NCBI GenBank assembly: GCA_044359355.1
Contig: JBIKMH010000014.1
Coordinates: 1-64,000 of the forward strand
Source: Planctomycetota bacterium
GTDB taxonomy: Bacteria > Planctomycetota > UBA1135 > GCA-002686595
Length of the DNA: 64,000 nt
Direction: 5' to 3'
A program made the translations under genes and the position numbers. Every line of letters starts with the position of its first letter. Position 1 is the first letter of the stretch. Under the pieces are notes generated by a model, which was not told the DNA's origin, made no database searches, and worked only from the letters and a program-made list of their open reading frames with translations. Below are positions 60,339-64,000 of the stretch, in pieces.

Positions 60339-62009
60339 ATGAATACCGACATCGAGATCGCACGCCAGACCACTCCCCGCCCGATGAGCGAGGTTGCCGC
60401 CCGCCTCGGGGTTCCCGATGCCGCGCTCGAGCCCTACGGCCGCACGAAGGCCAAGCTCGACCTCGCCGCCGTTCCGGGCCTCGCGGCCAAGCCCAAGGGC
60501 CACCTGATCCTGGTGACCGCCATCAACCCCACGGCTGCGGGCGAGGGCAAGACCACGACGACGATCGGCCTTGGTGATGCGCTCAACCGGATCGGCAAGC
60601 GCACGGCGATCGCGCTGCGCGAGCCTTCGCTGGGACCCTGCTTCGGCATGAAGGGCGGCGCGACGGGCGGCGGTTATGCGCAGGTGATCCCGATGGCCGA
60701 GATCAACCTGCACTTCACGGGCGATTTCCACGCGATCACGACGGCGCACAATCTGCTCGCCGCGATGCTCGACAACCACATGTACTGGGGCAATGCGCTG
60801 GGCATCGATGTCCGCCGCGTGCACTGGCCGCGCGTGATGGACATGAATGACCGCGCGCTGCGCGAGATGACGATCGGACTGGGCGGTACGGCCAACGGCT
60901 ATCCGCGCGAAGGGCGCTTTGACATCACGACGGCCTCGGAAGTGATGGCGATCCTTTGCATGGCGCGCGATCTGAATGACCTCGAAGCACGGCTGGCGCG
61001 GATCGTGGTTGCTGAGACGCGCGAGGGCAAGCCGATCACCGCAGGCGATCTGAAGGCCGCGCAGGCCATGGCCGTGATCCTGAAGGACGCGATGAAGCCC
61101 AACCTGGTGCAGACGCTGGAGGGCAACCCGGTGCTGATCCACGGCGGGCCCTTTGCCAACATCGCTCACGGCTGCAACTCGGTCACGGCGACGCAGGCGG
61201 CGCTGAAGCTGGCCGAGTATGTCGTGACGGAGGCGGGCTTCGGCGCCGATCTGGGCGCCGAGAAGTTCCTCGACATCAAGTGCCGCGCCGCGGGTCTGCA
61301 GCCGGAACTGGCCGTGGTCGTCGCCACCGTGCGCGCGCTGAAGCTGCACGGCGGCGCCCATGCCAAGGAACTGGGCACGGAAGATGTCGGCGCGGTCGAG
61401 CGCGGCATGGCGAACCTGCAGCGGCACTGCGAGAACCTGGCGCTGTTCGGCCTGCCGGTGCTGGTGGCGATCAACCGCTTCACGAGCGACGCGGCAGCCG
61501 AGTTGGCGGCGGTGGAAGCCGGCTGCGCCAAGGTCGGCGCGAAGGCGATCCTCTGCGAACACTGGGCGAAGGGCGGTGCCGGTGCCGAGGCGCTGGCGCG
61601 CGCAGCCGTTGCCGTCATCGAGAGCAAGCGCGCCCGTTTTGCCCCGCTGTATCCGCTCGAAATGCCGTTGCTCGAGAAGATCGAGACCATCGCCAAGCGC
61701 ATCTACCGCGCGAGCGGCATCGCTCCGCTGCCGGCGGTCGTGAAGCGCGCGCAGTCGCTGCAGGCGGCGGGCCACGGCAATCTGCCCGTGTGCATTGCCA
61801 AGACGCAGTACAGCTTCTCGGCCGATCCGGATGCCAAGGGGGCACCCAGTGGTCATACGTTGCCGATACGCGAGTTGCGCCTGTCGGCGGGCGCGGGTTT
61901 CGTCGTGGCGATGGCGGGCGACATCATGAGCATGCCCGGTTTGCCCAAGGAACCGGCAGCGGAGAAGATCCGCCTGCTTGCGGACGGCGAGATCGACGGC
62001 ATCTTCTAG
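60339..62009 (+). CDS. fhs: Formate--tetrahydrofolate ligase
   Basis: [16 protein letters not shown]-loop and full-length conservation (556 aa). Confidence 0.95.
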   Translation: MNTDIEIARQTTPRPMSEVAARLGVPDAALEPYGRTKAKLDLAAVPGLAAKPKGHLILVTAINPTAAGEGKTTTTIGLGDALNRIGKRTAIALREPSLGPCFGMKGGATGGGYAQVIPMAEINLHFTGDFHAITTAHNLLAAMLDNHMYWGNALGIDVRRVHWPRVMDMNDRALREMTIGLGGTANGYPREGRFDITTASEVMAILCMARDLNDLEARLARIVVAETREGKPITAGDLKAAQAMAVILKDAMKPNLVQTLEGNPVLIHGGPFANIAHGCNSVTATQAALKLAEYVVTEAGFGADLGAEKFLDIKCRAAGLQPELAVVVATVRALKLHGGAHAKELGTEDVGAVERGMANLQRHCENLALFGLPVLVAINRFTSDAAAELAAVEAGCAKVGAKAILCEHWAKGGAGAEALARAAVAVIESKRARFAPLYPLEMPLLEKIETIAKRIYRASGIAPLPAVVKRAQSLQAAGHGNLPVCIAKTQYSFSADPDAKGAPSGHTLPIRELRLSAGAGFVVAMAGDIMSMPGLPKEPAAEKIRLLADGEIDGIF

Positions 62010-62225
62010 ACCGGGCAAAGCCCATCCCCGGGTTCTGTAGAAGGCTCGCACGAAACGGGGTGCCCCCCACTCGCCAGCGGGAGGGGCTTTGGAATCGGGT
62101 ACTTGCGGCTGGGTGAGCTCTGGGAGAAATCTGATCGCGGAATACTTGACGAATCGGGTGTGATTTGAGACCCTTCTCTTTCGTTCCTTTCTTTCCCGTT
62201 TCCCTCCCTCGCAGGAGATTTCCCG

Positions 62226-62822
62226 ATGATCCTCGCTTCCGCTCTGCTCCTTTCCCCGTTTCTCTGCTCTGCATCATCGCCGTCAGCCGACCCAGACTAC
62301 ACCACCGTGTGGCGCACGGCTGGCAACTGGTTCCTCGCCCACGGCGAGTTCGAAATCCAGACCGTGGAACCTGGTGTCGATCGATACCCGATCCTCGGCA
62401 GTGGCGTGCACGTGCTCGAAATTGGCTCTGATGATTGGTCGAACTCGCTGGAGTTCGACGTAACGGCATCGGGCGAGTTCTATGTGAGCGAACATGGCTT
62501 CCTGATCGATCCCAATCGACAAGACCAGGTTGCATTCACCACCGGCAGCGAGGACCTGCTGCCCTGCGATGGAGCCTATGCCGGTGTCCAGAGCGTCAGC
62601 GTTTCGGGCGGTTGTTGGGCCGGCCCCATCATCAACACCGAGACCGGGATCACGCGCTGGAACTGCACGCTCACGAGTGGTGGGTGCAACGCCACCATCA
62701 CGTACACGAATGGCAACACGGTGACGCCAACGTGGAACTGCGGCGGCACGAACAGCAACAACGTTCGCTTCAAGGGCAGTACGGGCGAAGCCTGGGCCAC
62801 CGGCGCCGCCAGCGGCTGCTAG
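62226..62822 (+). CDS. Small secreted Cys-containing beta-rich protein (hypothetical)
   Basis: Signal peptide MILASALLLSPFLCSASS. Paired Cys (GGCWAGP, WNCTLTSGGCNAT, WNCGG). Ends 11 nt before the MORN gene. Confidence 0.5.
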   Translation: MILASALLLSPFLCSASSPSADPDYTTVWRTAGNWFLAHGEFEIQTVEPGVDRYPILGSGVHVLEIGSDDWSNSLEFDVTASGEFYVSEHGFLIDPNRQDQVAFTTGSEDLLPCDGAYAGVQSVSVSGGCWAGPIINTETGITRWNCTLTSGGCNATITYTNGNTVTPTWNCGGTNSNNVRFKGSTGEAWATGAASGC

Positions 62823-62832
62823 GATCGAGGCC

Positions 62833-63564
62833 ATGAAGCCTCGCTGGTGGTTGGCGACCGTGCTGTTGGTGCTGGCGGCCGCGGCGTGGGTTGCGTGGTG
62901 GACGACCCGGGTCGACTCAGGTCGCAACCTGCGCTTGGGCGCCAAGGCGCCTGAGGCGGAGCCGGCGCCTGTGGTTGTGGAAGCCCCTGCCCCGGGCCAG
63001 AGTCGCGTGGACTTCAGCGAGGCCTCGGCGCCTGCGCCGGAACCCGCGCCTGGCCCTGCTGCAGGGCCGTTGGAGCCCTCGGAGCGGGCTGCCCACGGCG
63101 TGGAACGCCTGTCGCAGCGTGGGGGTCTCGATGACCCGGACATGGCCTCCTATCCGTCCTTTGGCGTGGAACGAGACGGCAAGCGACAGGGCCTGTGGCG
63201 CACCTACGATGAAAAAGGGGTGCTCTTGAGCGAGGTCACCTTTCTCGACAACCTGCGCGAAGGCCCGGCTGCGGAGTGGTTCGCGAACGGTCTGCCTCTA
63301 TTCCGGGGCCACTATTCGAAGGACAAGCAGGACGGCGAGTATGAGTCCTACCACCCCAACGGCCAGGTGCTGTCCCGAGGGCAGTTCTCCCTGGGCCGCA
63401 AGTACGGAGCCTGGACGCAGTTTTCAGCGGCTGGCGCGGTCACCAGTGAACTGAGCTACGAGTTCGGCGATCTGCATGGGCCCTGCAAGTACTACGCCGA
63501 CGGCAAGCTCGATCCGGTGCAAAGCGGCGTCTACGCCAAAGGCAGGAAAATCGCTGATCTGTGA
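62833..63564 (+). CDS. Membrane-anchored MORN-repeat protein (YwqK-like antitoxin/immunity family)
   Basis: N-terminal TM (WWLATVLLVLAAAAWVAWW), Pro/Ala linker, MORN-variant repeats (GLWRTYDEKGVLLSEVTF, GEYESYHPNGQVLSRGQF, GAWTQFSAAGAVTSELSY). Confidence 0.7.
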   Translation: MKPRWWLATVLLVLAAAAWVAWWTTRVDSGRNLRLGAKAPEAEPAPVVVEAPAPGQSRVDFSEASAPAPEPAPGPAAGPLEPSERAAHGVERLSQRGGLDDPDMASYPSFGVERDGKRQGLWRTYDEKGVLLSEVTFLDNLREGPAAEWFANGLPLFRGHYSKDKQDGEYESYHPNGQVLSRGQFSLGRKYGAWTQFSAAGAVTSELSYEFGDLHGPCKYYADGKLDPVQSGVYAKGRKIADL

Positions 63565-63579
63565 TCCCTGCCCGGGACT

Positions 63580-63960
63580 TCATGCTCCATCCGGGTAGCA
63601 CCAGAGCAACTGCGGCACACCACCGCGCTCGCCGCAGACTATTGCATTCTGCTCCCACAACCGACCCAGCTTCAGAGCCTCGTCGCGCTCGATGTCGAGG
63701 ATCAGCACGCTCGCTTCGGCGGGCCAGTCGCCGGCCGGGTCGACACCTTCGCCCGGGATCAACGCCCGTTCCTGCTCGCTCAGCATGGCGAGCAATTGAG
63801 CCTGCCGGCGGGCATTCACTTCGTCGCTGAGCGGCTGCGAGCGGGGGTTGCAGGCCGTCACGAAGGCCCAGCTGCGGGCGCCGACCTCGCGCAGCAGCGC
63901 CTCGAGGACCTCGCAGCGGGCGCCGATGTGGATCGTGAACGTGCCCTCGGGGGCGCGCAC
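63580..63960 (-). CDS. DUF3293-like hypothetical protein (start may lie beyond the window)
   Basis: WAFVTACNP...NAIV...ERGG motifs recalled as DUF3293-like. Convergent with the MORN gene. Confidence 0.45.
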   Translation of the reverse strand: MRAPEGTFTIHIGARCEVLEALLREVGARSWAFVTACNPRSQPLSDEVNARRQAQLLAMLSEQERALIPGEGVDPAGDWPAEASVLILDIERDEALKLGRLWEQNAIVCGERGGVPQLLWCYPDGA

Positions 63961-64000
63961 CCGGTATTCGGTGCGGCGATACGCTGCTTCGAGGCTCTCG

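Noticed and set aside
59430-60340. Direct repeat of the tRNA-Gly 3' end marking the far boundary of a genomic island.
   Set aside because: No copy of the ...CGCCCGCTCCA terminus found by eye between 55.3 and 60.3 kb, so the island's distal boundary remains undefined.

Overview
High-GC (~68%) bacterial chromosomal window; the GroEL N-terminus, CarboxypepD_reg-rich secreted proteins and CxNxNGxPDxC repeats suggest a Planctomycetota-like organism (low confidence). Gene coordinates come from the ORF track; tRNA, hairpin and IS inverted-repeat coordinates were read by eye, though the tRNAs, IS inverted repeats and two terminators were cross-checked against ORF-track codon positions.

Core housekeeping genes are clear: ligA, cdd, groES-groEL, typA, fhs, a LysA-like PLP decarboxylase, a flotillin/NfeD operon, a membrane dipeptidase (M19), an M64 peptidase, a beta-carbonic anhydrase, PhoX, an S15 X-Pro dipeptidyl-peptidase, a KefB-like antiporter, a SNF2/SWIM helicase, a Ser/Thr kinase, a DnaQ-like exonuclease, and two tRNAs (Val-CAC, Gly-CCC).

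Accessory content is concentrated in four places:
- An RHS polymorphic-toxin locus downstream of tRNA-Gly: an N-terminally truncated rhs with an uncharacterised Cys-rich C-terminal toxin, an ATGA-coupled MORN (YwqK-like) immunity gene in a low-GC cassette, and an orphan rhs core fragment abutting the tRNA 3' end.
- A membrane-anchored ECF sigma factor fused in one ORF to a TM helix and five CarboxypepD_reg-like domains, overlapping the start of the beta-carbonic anhydrase gene by 1 nt.
- One intact IS element (IS1/IS1595-like) with hairpin-containing inverted repeats and no target-site duplication.
- A recurring pattern of 3'-end gene remnants (usp, terB-like, rhs) and a decayed subtilase pseudogene, pointing to repeated rearrangement.

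No CRISPR array, rRNA or prophage was seen.
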